From assembly GCA_977016875.1 (NCBI GenBank), contig CDRNST010000188.1, positions 620,001-684,000 of the forward strand: a stretch of 64,000 nucleotides of DNA, given 5' to 3'. A program made the translations under genes and the position numbers. The notes below the pieces were generated by a model, which saw only the letters and a list, made by a program, of their open reading frames with translations, ran no database searches and was not told where the DNA came from. This document shows positions 37,564-49,300 of the stretch, piece after piece. The stretch comes from Pavona decussata. Lineage: Eukaryota. The stretch's first letter is position 1, and every line of letters starts with the position of its first letter.

Positions 37564-38553
37564 TTACGAAATTTGGCTAAAAACATTGGATGTCTCCTTC
37601 ATCCAGAATTTTATTTCTTCTGCAGTATTCTCCAATGTTTGGTGAGCCTCGTCAGCGCTTGGTCGATCATCTTCGTTGTACTGCAAAGCTTTTAGAGTTG
37701 CACTTTGCATTTGTTTGGACCCTTGCGCTCGACTTGAAAATGCAGCTTTGATGCCTGGTGATCCTACCATAGCATACCCTAGGCCAACTTTCCCTCCAAA
37801 CCATGCGGGACGCACAAATGCACCATAATACTTTTCTCCTCCAATCGTGGTAAAATCCCGCTCCAGTATCGCACTGAAGAGTGCACCAAGGGAAAAGACA
37901 TCGGCTTTTTCTGTATAACGGCCCTTGAAAACTTCAGGTGCCATCCAGTATGGAGTACCAACTTTTGAGTTCAAGTAGTATTTAGTATAGTTTCCCAGCC
38001 ATGATTCCTCGTCTAGTGGAGTGTTGATTTTGAGTGCGAGGTACTCTCGAGCCAAGCCAAAGTCGGCTAATTTGACATCCTCAGTCGAGGTCAAGAGCAC
38101 ATTTTCAGGTTTCAAATCTCGGTGAACCACACCACGTGAATGAAGGAAGGCAAGCGCTGCTGCACTTTGTCTCATCCATTTGAAGTTTACTAAGTTACTA
38201 CTCGGTCGAGCCAGGCGCTTGTTTAAATTGCCGCCAGCGCAGTACTCGGTTAAAATCACCATTTCGAAATCGTCATAAACACTACAAAACCAGTCTGCTC
38301 CTATCACTTGGATCACATTCTCATGAGTGACTTGATTCAACGTTTCAACTTCGCAAATAGCATTGCGAATGGTATTGCGAATTCCCGATTGATTTACGCA
38401 CAGGACATACTTTAACGCGTACTCTTTGGACGTTCGGTCGTTTGTAACTTTGTACTCGACCCCAAAAGCCCCCTCGCCAAGTTTCTGCCCAACTGTGTAC
38501 ACTTCATCTTCAACTTCAACCTTTGTCAGCTCGCTCTGCACTACTTGCATCAT
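37564..38553 (-). CDS. K6: STK35/PDIK1L-like kinase, no CaaX, beta-2 Val to Glu
   Basis: 329-aa intact ORF; GEGAFGVEYK; IRNTIRNA duplication; HRDLKPEN; ends VFSQIS*. Confidence 0.88.
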   Translation of the reverse strand: MMQVVQSELTKVEVEDEVYTVGQKLGEGAFGVEYKVTNDRTSKEYALKYVLCVNQSGIRNTIRNAICEVETLNQVTHENVIQVIGADWFCSVYDDFEMVILTEYCAGGNLNKRLARPSSNLVNFKWMRQSAAALAFLHSRGVVHRDLKPENVLLTSTEDVKLADFGLAREYLALKINTPLDEESWLGNYTKYYLNSKVGTPYWMAPEVFKGRYTEKADVFSLGALFSAILERDFTTIGGEKYYGAFVRPAWFGGKVGLGYAMVGSPGIKAAFSSRAQGSKQMQSATLKALQYNEDDRPSADEAHQTLENTAEEIKFWMKETSNVFSQIS

Positions 38554-41500
38554 TATTACTCTGTTTATCAGACAGTATTGACTCTTCTTGTACCAGGGAA
38601 GAGAATTGATGTCATCAGTTGCTTATTCGCTTCGTAAAGCAGAAGGGCGGTTTCTAAGAAAACGCTCTCTGTTTTCGTTTAAACAAACTGGCGGGGGAGG
38701 GATAGGAGTGCGGAAACTGAGTTTTGAGAGGAGGGGCGGGGTGGGTAGTTGTACGGTTTTTACGGCGACGCCTGGACGGTCGTAGCTTTGCAGCTTCGAT
38801 CAATCTGTTGGTAATGGAATTTAATATCACCAGTCGCTTATTCGTTTCGTAAATCGGGAGTGGGGTTTGTTAGTGAAGCGGTTTATCTAATTAATCTGGC
38901 AGGGGGAAGGGGTGGGGTATGGGGACTATGAGGTGTGAGGGGAGAGGTGAGTGGGTAGTTGTAAGCTTTTTAAGCCGATGTCGTGATAGTCGTAGTTTTG
39001 TAGCTTCAATCAACAGATGGTTGGACGGTCCGTAAACCGATCGAGTATTCATCCACGATCATATCGGCGTAGCTTTATTCAAGCCGCTCCTAGAGTCAGC
39101 TAAAATCCTGTCGGATTATGTGGGTTGATCAGCTTGTCCAAAATGCATAGTTTTCTGATGAAAACAAAAGACTTCCAGGAAAGCCCCCCTCTGCTACATG
39201 ATATTTGATTAAGGAGACGGTTGAATTAAGCCAAGCGTAGTTTGAGTTAGTGCTGTTGAAATACGACCACCTATTGCCTTATAGAGGTTTATTGATCTGG
39301 AAATATACGAGTAACAAAATAATACAAAATGTTCTTTTTGGTTTTACGTCGTCAACGTCTTGTTCATCGCCAGAAAAGCATTGAACATTCTTAGTAATTT
39401 CATCCAGTTAGCATTTCACATACACTTGTTACTTCTCGAATCCGAAGACCCCTCCTGTGAAAGAGCAGGTGACTGTGTAATCCAACCACGTGACAAAAAT
39501 TATCAATTTGTTTGAACGAAAGTTCAAGTAAACAATACATTTTCAGTTTTGGAGAAGGGGCTCCCGGACTTGGGTAACTGCGTTTGGATTTGTCTCAACA
39601 TGACTTAAAGCTCCTACTTAAATATTAAACGCGAAATCCAACAAAACGCCTTAAACTCATAATTTAACCGCTTTTCCTAGAATTTCCAATTGGCTTCTTA
39701 CCCAGCCTCCCTGGCTCTCAGCCAGCCGTCACAAATTATATGCGGCAGTGACTGAAAGAAAACGCAGCAGTAAAATGTAAATACAGATATCTATGTATAG
39801 CTAGACTTGGATGCACGAAATAAATGCGTTTTAATGACATTCCTGAAGTCTCCGGTAAGAGGTCCTCTTCGTCTTGAATATTGAGAACTCTTTTTTCGGT
39901 TTTAAAATTCTCTAATGTTGCGCGAGGGCTGAGTCAAATTTAAACCAGTGTTCCCGTAGAAACAGAGGATTCTGTTGGGTTTTTATGCCATACAGAGCTT
40001 TCGAGTTTTGTTTTTCGTTCATTTGATTTCTCAAGGAAAAATTTTAGTTGGCCAGTAGCTTGAAGCTTAATCACTCACTGTTTGTAAAATTCACGAGTCA
40101 TACTCATACAAAGTAGACTGTAAAAAGTTCAAGAAATTGTTTCATCGCTTTCTTTTACACTCAAAATGTTCCCACGAATAAAATGTCCGAAAATATTTCC
40201 GTCCGACCAGCAACATAGCCAGAACATTTCGATTATGTTTAGGTAAATGTGCAAATGCGCATGCGCTAACTGTAAGCGGCGAACTGAATGGCCAACCGTA
40301 TGACTCCATTCGCCATGATTACAAATTGACCAATTCAATCTGCGAGTTTTTGAAATTCGTTGGAACAACATCGGCTGTAAAATCTACAATCGTGTAGGAG
40401 TTATCTTTGATGCACTCTTCACTTTGTTGTTTTGTGTTCAGTTGTTTTTGGTCGCCATATCTCCTGTACGATTGTTGTGTTGTGAACTTCAACTGTCCAA
40501 GCGAAACTGTTTTCAATGAATTTAACATGAGTGATTTGTTGTATCCCCTCAGAGTGTTAAGTCCGAAATTTCGAGAAAAAACGTCCGAGATGTGCCAAGA
40601 AATCGTCCGAAAGTTTTTAGTCCAAAGTGTATCCAATTTTCGGACGAATATTTTTTGTTACTGAACGTTTTCCTAATGGAAGGAACGGGCAGTGCCAGCG
40701 TTTGTTGTTTGCTTCGTTGGATAAGCATGATAATGGCAGTCTCGCACCCTTGTGGGGCGGCTCACTAAGCAGATTATGATAAATTTTGGGTCCACTGGTG
40801 AGTCTGAGTCTGACCAAGTCAACATTACAAATTGACTTTAGAATTTCTGTCATAGCACATTGTAATTACATACTGCAGATACTATACTGTTGCTTATACA
40901 TAAGACTTATTGGAATTCTGATTACTAGCGCTTTTACTATAGCTAATATATGTTTCGATTGTTCTTGTATTTTTATTTTGTATCTGACGGAAATACAGAA
41001 ACTTATTCTTCGCGTAATCAGCTCTTTCAGCTCAAAGCCTGGAACTAAACGTATTCCTCAGAAGGTAATGCTCGAAATCCTGATAGATTTTACTACCCGA
41101 TGTGATTGTCAAAATGTCTGAATTTATCTCGCTAAAGCTTGCACCACTTCTTGATAAACAATTTTTTAGCAAACTTGAGGGCTCTGGTTTATAGCAAAAG
41201 GTTGCTTTTCCGTTATATTCTTTTGGCCCTACATTATAACTTTGACTTTATCTCAGTAGTGTTTATATTGGGGTTGTACTCTATTCTGTGCATGTATTTC
41301 CTATGCGTTCTGAACAGTGTTTTCTGTTCTCGTGCTTTCGCATTGTGAGCATGCGTGGCCGTGGAAATTCATTCTTTTTGTTTTTCATTCACAGATCTCT
41401 TGGCGAGTCCAGTGAAACGTAACTTCAAGAATTCCAGAATCACCACATTCTCTCCCGACGTTGAACCGGAGCAACGCTGGACGTCAAGTTTTATAGTACG

Positions 41501-42562
41501 GAGGAATTTTATTCCATGGACAAAGCTCGTTACAACTTCTAAGGTACGCAAGAACTAGCTTGTTGTAGCTAGAGCCCGTCGGAAAGCAGAACACAGTCAA
41601 AACGTACACTAGCATAAGTTTATTATATCTCCAGAAATAATCAAGATGTAACTAACTAATGTTTACAATTAATTTCCTTACGTACTACATGCTGTATGGG
41701 TACGTGATACTTTGCGACATCTAAAAAAACCTAACCTGAAACAATTTCCTGACAGTCCTAGGAACTTTTGCTTCCACAACATAACAGATCTGATAAGAAG
41801 TAACACACACGGCAAGGCTCTGAGGCATGGGCGCATTATGGAACCAGGCCCGAGACTCAGGTGACGATGAATATCATGTTCTTTAACCATCTCTCTTATT
41901 GAAAAATAATGCTGTAACACTTGGGCGCTACACTTGCACCCAGATTTCTGTTACGTGCCGGCAAATTATTAATTGATGTTAAGACGGATTGACACAAATT
42001 ACATTTCCCTTTCAAATTTTAATCACGTAGAAAAGCGTTCCAGAAGAAAACAATGAGAAGCTGATAATGAAAGTACAACTCAGTTCGTTGTAAAACGAAA
42101 AAATATTATGCTTTCTTTAAGCGTGATATTCTAACACACGAGTCTATCACGAGATGTTCACATGCACAGAACGTTTAAGTTAAAAGTTGCATGAAATAGC
42201 GAAACTTTTGTTTGAAACTACATGTCTACGTTTTTATAATATTTATAATAGAAACACGAAGTGTCCGTAAATTATTTTTCACATTCGTTCCTCCTTAAAT
42301 CTCGACGTCCTCGTCGATTAAAAATAGTTAGGTAAAGTACTCAGTTTAATTAAGTCATTTTAGTCGTGCACCACATTTGTGATCCCGAATGAATACAAGC
42401 GAAAAGCAGAAAGGCATAAAAGGTAGTTACGGATATTAGCTATTTTGGTAGAGTAAATGTGGTTAGACATGTTGTGTTCTTAAGGGTAATGACGCCCTAA
42501 AACACATTGAATGAATTATAAAAGCTACTTTCAGTCTTGTTTATGTATAGTTAGCTTTTCAG

Positions 42563-43626
42563 TTACAGTAAATGTCTAGTTGCCACCTCCTCACTTCGTG
42601 GTGTGTTGCAGATAAGCGTTCTCAAAGCTGTCGTTGCTGTTCTGACGGTTGATTTTAAAAATATGATAGTTTCAGTCTTCGAAACACTTGCATGAACATC
42701 ATAGTTATGGTCTGCGAATAATGTGTTGAGCACCCGGTCGGTCATGTGGGTGATAACTCAAAGCATTTAACGCTGATTTTTGCATCAAGAGACTCCAACC
42801 TTGTGCTTGACTTGAAAATGCAATGGTGATATTTGGGCCATGCATGGCCAAAGCTTTACCAAGACCAACTTTGCCGACCGAAGGATTAATCGTGAAGGCA
42901 CCATAGTACGATTTTCCCATTCACCATTTTGTAATCTCGCTCCTAGATGGCAAAAAAGATAACACCAGGGGAAAAAACGTAGGCTTTCTCTATGTAATGG
43001 CCAGTGAACACTTCAGGAGCCATCCAGTATGGCGTGCCAGCGGCTGTGTTAATGTAGTGCTGTGTGTAGGCGGTAATCCATGAGCCATCGTCGCGCTGTA
43101 CACAGGTTTGCTTGAGTGCGATGTACTCTCGAGCCAAACCAAAGTCGGCCAGCTTGATGTCATTGGCTTCCGTCAAAAGCACGTTTTCAGGCTTAAGATC
43201 ACAGTGAACCACTCCTTGGCGGTGGAGATAGGCAAGCGCTGCGGTTGCTTGACGAAACCACTTCAAATTCATCTCCTCACTGCTTGGTCGGTTAAGACGG
43301 TCGTTCATGTTTCCCCCACCGCAGTACTCAGTCAAAAATCAGCATGTGAAGGCCTTGGGAAACATGATACTGGTCTGCTCCTATCATAGCGATTACGTTC
43401 TCGTGAGAGATTTGTTTCACTGTGGCAACTTCGCGGAAAGCATTACGAATGGCCGCTCGATCAGGCTTACATAAAATATATATTTTAAGGCGTACTCTTT
43501 GGACGTCCTGTCGTTTTTAACTTTGTACAGGACGCCGAAAGCCCCCTCGCCAAGTTTCTGCCCAACTGTGTACACTTCACCTGCAACTTGAACCTTTATT
43601 GGCTGGCTCTGCAAGGGTTGTATCAT
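42563..43626 (-). pseudogene. Frameshifted chimeric kinase pseudogene
   Basis: Split over four ORFs; [16 protein letters not shown]; K7-like N-terminus with K4/K2-like body. Confidence 0.88.
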
Positions 43627-46154
43627 TTTTACTCTGTTTATCGGACAGAATTTACTTTTCTTGTACCAGGGAAGATAATATATATCACCAGTCTCTTACT
43701 CGGTTCGTAAAGCGGAAGGGTTGTTGCTAAGAAAACGCTCTTTGTTTTCTTAGCAAACGGGCGGGGGAGGGACAGGGGAAGGGAGACTGTGAGTTGTGAG
43801 GGGACGGGCAGGGTGGGTAGTTGTAAGGTTTTTACGGCGACGCGTGGACAGTCGTAGTTTTGCAGCTTCGATCAATCTGTTGTTTAGGAAATTTGATATT
43901 ACCAGTCGCTTATTCGTTTTGGATATCGGGAGTGCAGTATCTTAGTGCATAAAAGGCTCTCAGTTTATCTAATTAATCTGGCAGGGGAAGGGTTGGGGTG
44001 TAGGGACCGTGAGGTGTGAGGGGAGAGGTGCATGAGTGGGTAGTTGTAAGCTTTTTAAGCCGATGTCGTGATAGTCGTAGTTTTGTAGCTTCAATCAACA
44101 GATTGGTCGGACAGTCCGTAAACTGATCGAGTATTCATCCACGACATATCGGCGGAGCCTTTTTGAAGCCGCTTCTAGAACTAGCTAAAATCCTGCCGGA
44201 CTATGTGGGTTAATCAGCTAGTCCAAAATGTATAGTCTCCCGATGAAAACAAGAGGCTTCCAGGAAATACCCCCACTACTACAAGATGTTTGAGACGTTT
44301 GAATTAAGTCAAGCGAAGTTTGAGTGAGTGCTATTGAAATACGACCACCTTTGCCTTATACAGGTTTATTGATCTAGAACTGTGCGAGTTATAAAATAAT
44401 ACAAAATGTTCTTTTTAGGTTTACATCGTTAGCGTCTTGTACATCGCCAGAAAAGCATTTTAAACTTTACATGGGATACACTCGTTACTTCTCGAATCCT
44501 AAGACCTGTTACGAGAGATTTCATTTCACTTTAATCCCGGACTTTAATACGTTTGGCAAGCGCGTTTCAATAGCTTGGCATTGAAATTGAATATTTAATC
44601 AGGTAGTGAATAACAATAGCTGGTATGTCTTGAAACGAATATTTAATCAACTTGAATGTATCCGCGAGAAGTGTACTTTTCTGTTGCATTAACAAATGTA
44701 GACTAGTGATTTACCATTCGTTATGTTACTGGTGTTTTCGCTTTGTTGCGTGAAATTTAGCTGTTTAGCTTTTGTAGTTTTCGGTTTTGGTCGTTCGTTC
44801 ATTACAAACCAGCATAGAGTTTTCAAACACAGAGCTCTTATTTTATCAAGTTCGACATTTGGCTTGTACACGTGTAAGAGCACATGTACTTTGCTCGATC
44901 ACGCGAGTCCCTAAAGCCCTCTGTCCTGTAATCTTACGACTCAGCAATTCTTTTGATGAACGTTCTTTTCCGCGAACAAAGTTCAATATTCTTTGTTAAG
45001 GATGTAGTCCGGAAAAGTACTCTCCCAAATAAGGAACCCCTAACAATTAAACGCACGTGAAAGTAATACAGTCGAACCTGAATATAACGGCCACCCTCGG
45101 GACTTGAGGAACTGGCCGCTTAATACAGGATACTAATACTTAATTTTCAATGGCGCATCATACAAAATCATTTCATGCAAGGATACAGTAGGACAATCAA
45201 CACTCTTTCAAGCGATCAACACTTTAAACAAAGTTCAGTGCCAACTTGTAACTTAATGGTATAATATACGTAACATTGTGTAAAAGTACTTTGCGGTAAA
45301 TTTTTCTCTACTCTTCTACGGTATACAGCACTGTATTTCTATGACTTACAGTTCACAATAAAATATCTCATTCCGTCATTTCATAGTTGTTACGTTCGAA
45401 GTGGAGTTATGAAGAACTTTATAGTTCATAGACCACTGGCTCGAATGAAAATAAACTTTATATAAATACAACCTTCATCGACGCCATCTTCAAAATAACG
45501 CAGGGGTAATTAATAATCCCAAGGAGTATTTTTTGACAAAATAGTAAACCGAAGAGTATTAAAAAAAAAAGACTTTCGTGCCCTCCTTCAAGTGAAGAGA
45601 AGCTTAGAAATCATCTGCTACGTCCGATTTACTTACAACCCTAACCGGACAGCGCGATTAAGAAACTTTCGACTGGAGTCGTTTTATACAGCCAAAACAC
45701 CACATAACATGATAACCACAGTTTGATCTTGGATCGACGTTGTTGGCGTATTTGTTATGGTCCTATGCCTTGTTGTGTATGCACTCTCTAATCCGGCTAC
45801 GATTATTACTAGTACTAAGAATTCTACTGCACAGGCTATTTCTCTAGACCGTTTCTTATTCACGAGTTGGCTCATGGGGCCCTTTGATTTTGAGTTGTCT
45901 GGATATTTCTTCATCGATTTTTGTCAAAATTGTCTCTCAGAAGCAAATTTCTAGAGTTGCTATTTGGTTCTCTCTCCTTGAGATTATCATTAGCTAGTGA
46001 TGTACAAAAACTGAACTTTTCAGACATTCAACAAACTGTGTGGTTGTACCTGTTTTTAATACCATACTGAGCGTAACAGGACGGGCTGCAGTTAATTTTA
46101 AACAAGATATTGCAATTAATATTTCAATCATGCACTAAAGTGGTTGAAAACGTA

Positions 46155-46340
46155 ATCTATGACCCCCAATTCGGATTACTTAAGTTCGGAAGCTCTACCA
46201 CAGAGCTAAACTGAGGAGCTTGGCCAAGCTCCCACGAGTGTCCTGTAGCTCAGTGAGAGAGCATCGGAAGGTCTTTGGTTCGACTCCTGTTGGGAGAACT
46301 TGGATTTTCTTTTTCCGAGTATGCCTTTGTCACTAACTGA
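46155..46340. mobile_element. tRNA-derived repeat with head-to-head tRNA-like halves (copy at ~51445-51625)
   Basis: A-box tagctcagtg (46246), B-box ggttcgactcc (46277); inverted A-box gctctaccacagagcta upstream; no full cloverleaf. Confidence 0.65.
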
Positions 46341-46491
46341 AAAATTAATCAATCAAGCGCTTTATTTTGTACAAAAACAGAAATATACGCAGTTGATATT
46401 TAGGAATACTGCCAGGGTACGAATAACTATTTTTACTACAGAATAATAGCTTATCTACAGTGTTAAGAAAATCATAATATCTTGCAGTTAC

Positions 46492-46740
46492 CTACAATCG
46501 TGGACAAAACTTGTTAAGAAAACTGCGAATTTTGCGCATATATTTCAATCTACTTTAAAGAAAACACCGCCTGGAGAGTACCAAACCTTCACTTCCCCCT
46601 CCCCCTAACTCAATGTTGCTTGAAGGCCATTTATGAAGGGGGGGGGGGGGGGCGGGGGGCTGTGTTGTTGATGTATCACTGCAGCGGTCGACTTTGGATA
46701 TCGACTAAAAGTTTCTTAACAGTTTTGTCCACGATTGTAG
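46492..46740. mobile_element. MITE with ctacaatcgtggacaaaac TIRs
   Basis: ctacaatcgtggacaaaact...agttttgtccacgattgtag; internally deleted paralog at 51780-51868. Confidence 0.8.
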
Positions 46741-47017
46741 CAGCAGTCAAAAATGGCTCGCGGGGATCGGGTGGCCATGGATAAGAGCTATAAAAAGTAC
46801 TTAAAGGAGTGTCTTCATGCAATCTTTAAAGAGTTATTAAAGTAAAAAATAATTACGGAGAAAAGAGAGAATTATATATTTGGTGCCGTGGAGGCATTTA
46901 GGTCTTCAAGGCCCTATTTTAAGTCTGGGTCTGGACAAATCTGTTTACAATCTCAGTCGCTTTGAGCTTAACTGATCTTCGCCTCTAGAGACAAATTGAC
47001 ATAATTACGAAAGCGGG

Positions 47018-47986
47018 CTAAAAACACTGAGATGTCTCCTTCATCCAGAATTGTATTTCTTCGGCCAAATTTTCCAATTTTTGGTGAACCTTGTCAGCGC
47101 TTGGTCGATCATGTTGGTTGTACTGCAAAGCTTTTAGAGCTGCTCTTTGCATTTGTTTGGACCCTTGCGCTTGACTTGAAAATGCAGCTGTGATGTTTGG
47201 TAAATCTACCATTGCATGCCCAAGGCCAACTTTCGCTCCAAAAAGTTGACCTAATTGAGACATAAACACAAACGCACCATAATACGTTTCTCCGCCAATT
47301 GTGATAAAATCCCGTTCCAGGATTGCAAAAAAGAGCACACCAAGGGAAAAGACATCGGCTTTTTCTGTGTAACAGTTCAAGAAAACTTCAGGTGCCATCC
47401 AGTATGGAGTACCGACGTTTGAGTTCATGTAGTATTTAGTATAGTTGCCCAGCCATGAACCATCGACTAGTGGAGTGGTGGTTTTGAGTGCGAGGTACTG
47501 TCGAGCCAAACCAAAGTCGGCTAATTTAACATCCTCAGCCGAGGTCAAGAGCACATTTTCAGGTTTCAAATCTCGGTGAACCACTCCACGTGAATGGAGG
47601 AAGGCAAGCGCTCTTGCACTTTGTCTCATCCATTTGAAGTTTACAAAGTCGCTACTCGATCGAGCCAGGCGCTTGTTTAAATTGCCACCAGCGCAATACT
47701 CGGTCAAAATCAGCATGTTGAGACCTTCAAAACTAAGGCCTGCTGCTATCACTGCCACCACATTCTCATGAGTGACTTGATTCAACGTTTGAACTTCGTG
47801 AATAGCATTGAGAATTTCCGATTGATTTACGCACAGGACATATTTTAACGCGTACTCTTTGGACGTCCTGTCGTTTGTAACTTTGTGTACGACGCCGAAA
47901 GCCCCCTCACCAAGTTTCTGCCCAACTGTGTACACTTCACCTTGAACTACAGCTTTTGTTGGCTGGCTCTGCAAGGGTTGCATCAT
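47018..47986 (-). CDS. K7: STK35/PDIK1L-like kinase, catalytically intact, no CaaX
   Basis: 322-aa ORF; [20 protein letters not shown]; a 1-nt insertion near the end gives SQCF* instead of VFSPLS*. Confidence 0.9.
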   Translation of the reverse strand: MMQPLQSQPTKAVVQGEVYTVGQKLGEGAFGVVHKVTNDRTSKEYALKYVLCVNQSEILNAIHEVQTLNQVTHENVVAVIAAGLSFEGLNMLILTEYCAGGNLNKRLARSSSDFVNFKWMRQSARALAFLHSRGVVHRDLKPENVLLTSAEDVKLADFGLARQYLALKTTTPLVDGSWLGNYTKYYMNSNVGTPYWMAPEVFLNCYTEKADVFSLGVLFFAILERDFITIGGETYYGAFVFMSQLGQLFGAKVGLGHAMVDLPNITAAFSSQAQGSKQMQRAALKALQYNQHDRPSADKVHQKLENLAEEIQFWMKETSQCF

Positions 47987-48069
47987 TTTTACTATGTTTA
48001 TCAGACAGAATTTACTCTTCTTGTACCAGGGAAGATAATATGTATCACCAGTCGCTTAATCGCCTCTTA

Positions 48070-48190
48070 AAGCGGAAGTGCTGTTTCTCAGAAAACGCGC
48101 TCTGTTTTCTTAGCAAACGGGGGGGGGGGGGGGGGGGATGGGATAGGAGTGCGGAGACTGAGATGTGAGAGGAGGGGCGGGGTGGGTAGT
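48070..48190 (-). promoter_or_regulatory. K7 proximal promoter: ETS, GAS pair, G-rich tract
   Basis: GCGGAAGTG; TTCTCAGAA 48085-48093; TTCTTAGCA 48107-48115 (13-bp spacer). Confidence 0.55.
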
Positions 48191-49211
48191 TGTATGGTTT
48201 TAACGGCCACGCCTGGACGGTCGTAGTTTTGCAGCTTCGATTAATATGTTGGTTAGGGAATTTAATATCACCAGTCGCTTATTCGTTTCGAAAATCGGGA
48301 GAGCGGTTTGTTAGTGAATCGGTTTATCTAATTAATCTGGGAGGGGAAGAGTTGGGGTGTGGGGACTATGAGGTGTGAGGGGAGAGGTGAGTGGGTAGTT
48401 GTAAGCTTTTTAAGCCGACGTCGTTATTGGCGTAGTATGGTAGCTTCAATCAACAGATTGGTCACGCAGTCCGTAAACCGATCGAGTATTCATCCACGAG
48501 CATATCGGCAGAGCTTTTTTGAAGCCGCTCCTAGAACTAGCTAATATCCTGTCGGATTATGTGGGTTGATCAGTTTGTCCAAAATGCATAGTTTTCTGAT
48601 GAAAACAAAAGGCTTTCAGGAAAGCCCCCCACTGCTACAAGATATTTGATTAAGGAGACGGTTGAATTAAGTCAAGCGTAGTTTGAGTTAGTGCTGTTGA
48701 AATACGACCAACTATTGCCTTATATAGGTTTATTGATCTGGAAATATGCAAGTAATAAAATAATACAAAATGTTCTTTTTAGTTTTACATCGCCAACGTC
48801 TTGTACATCGCCAGAAAAGCATTGGACATTCTTAGTAATTTCACCCTGTTAGCATTTCAATTTTAAACTTTACATGGGATAGACTTGTTACTTCTCGAAT
48901 CCGAAGACCCCTCCTGTGGAAGAACAGGTGACTGTGTAATCTAACCACGTGAGAAAAATTATCAATTTGTTTGAACGAAAGTTCAAATGAACAAAATTTT
49001 TTTCAGTTTTGGAGAAGGAGCTCCCGGACTTGGGTAACTGCGTTTGGATTTGTCTCAACATGGCTTAAAGCTCCTACTTAAATATTAAACGCGAAAGCCA
49101 ACTAAACGCCTTGTGAAAACTGTGGTACCTTATCTAATTAATCTGCACCGAACCCAACGAAGCTTTGTGTAAATTAAATCTATTGACGTTCTTCAAGAAA
49201 AGGTCTCAGCG

Positions 49212-49300
49212 TTACGTAATTATACAGTAAGATCTGAGAGCTTCTGTTAACCAGGATTCTAGTTTCTCTTCCAATAGCTCTTCTTGAACCTCCGCGGCAC
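49212..49300 (-). pseudogene. Kinase C-terminal remnant ending CIIT
   Basis: Minus strand AAEVQEELLEEKLESWLTEALRSYCIIT*, homologous to the K4 C-terminus. Confidence 0.8.

Larger units (their letters stand above)
44000..46805 (+). repeat. ~2.7 kb duplication (partner 49300-51931)
   Basis: Colinear high identity from tgaggtgtgaggggagagg to aagagctataaaaagt. Confidence 0.9.

Noticed and set aside
46238-46300. Possible tRNA gene (also at 51527-51590)
   Set aside because: A and B boxes present but the anticodon arm is missing and the acceptor stem does not pair; treated as a tRNA-derived repeat
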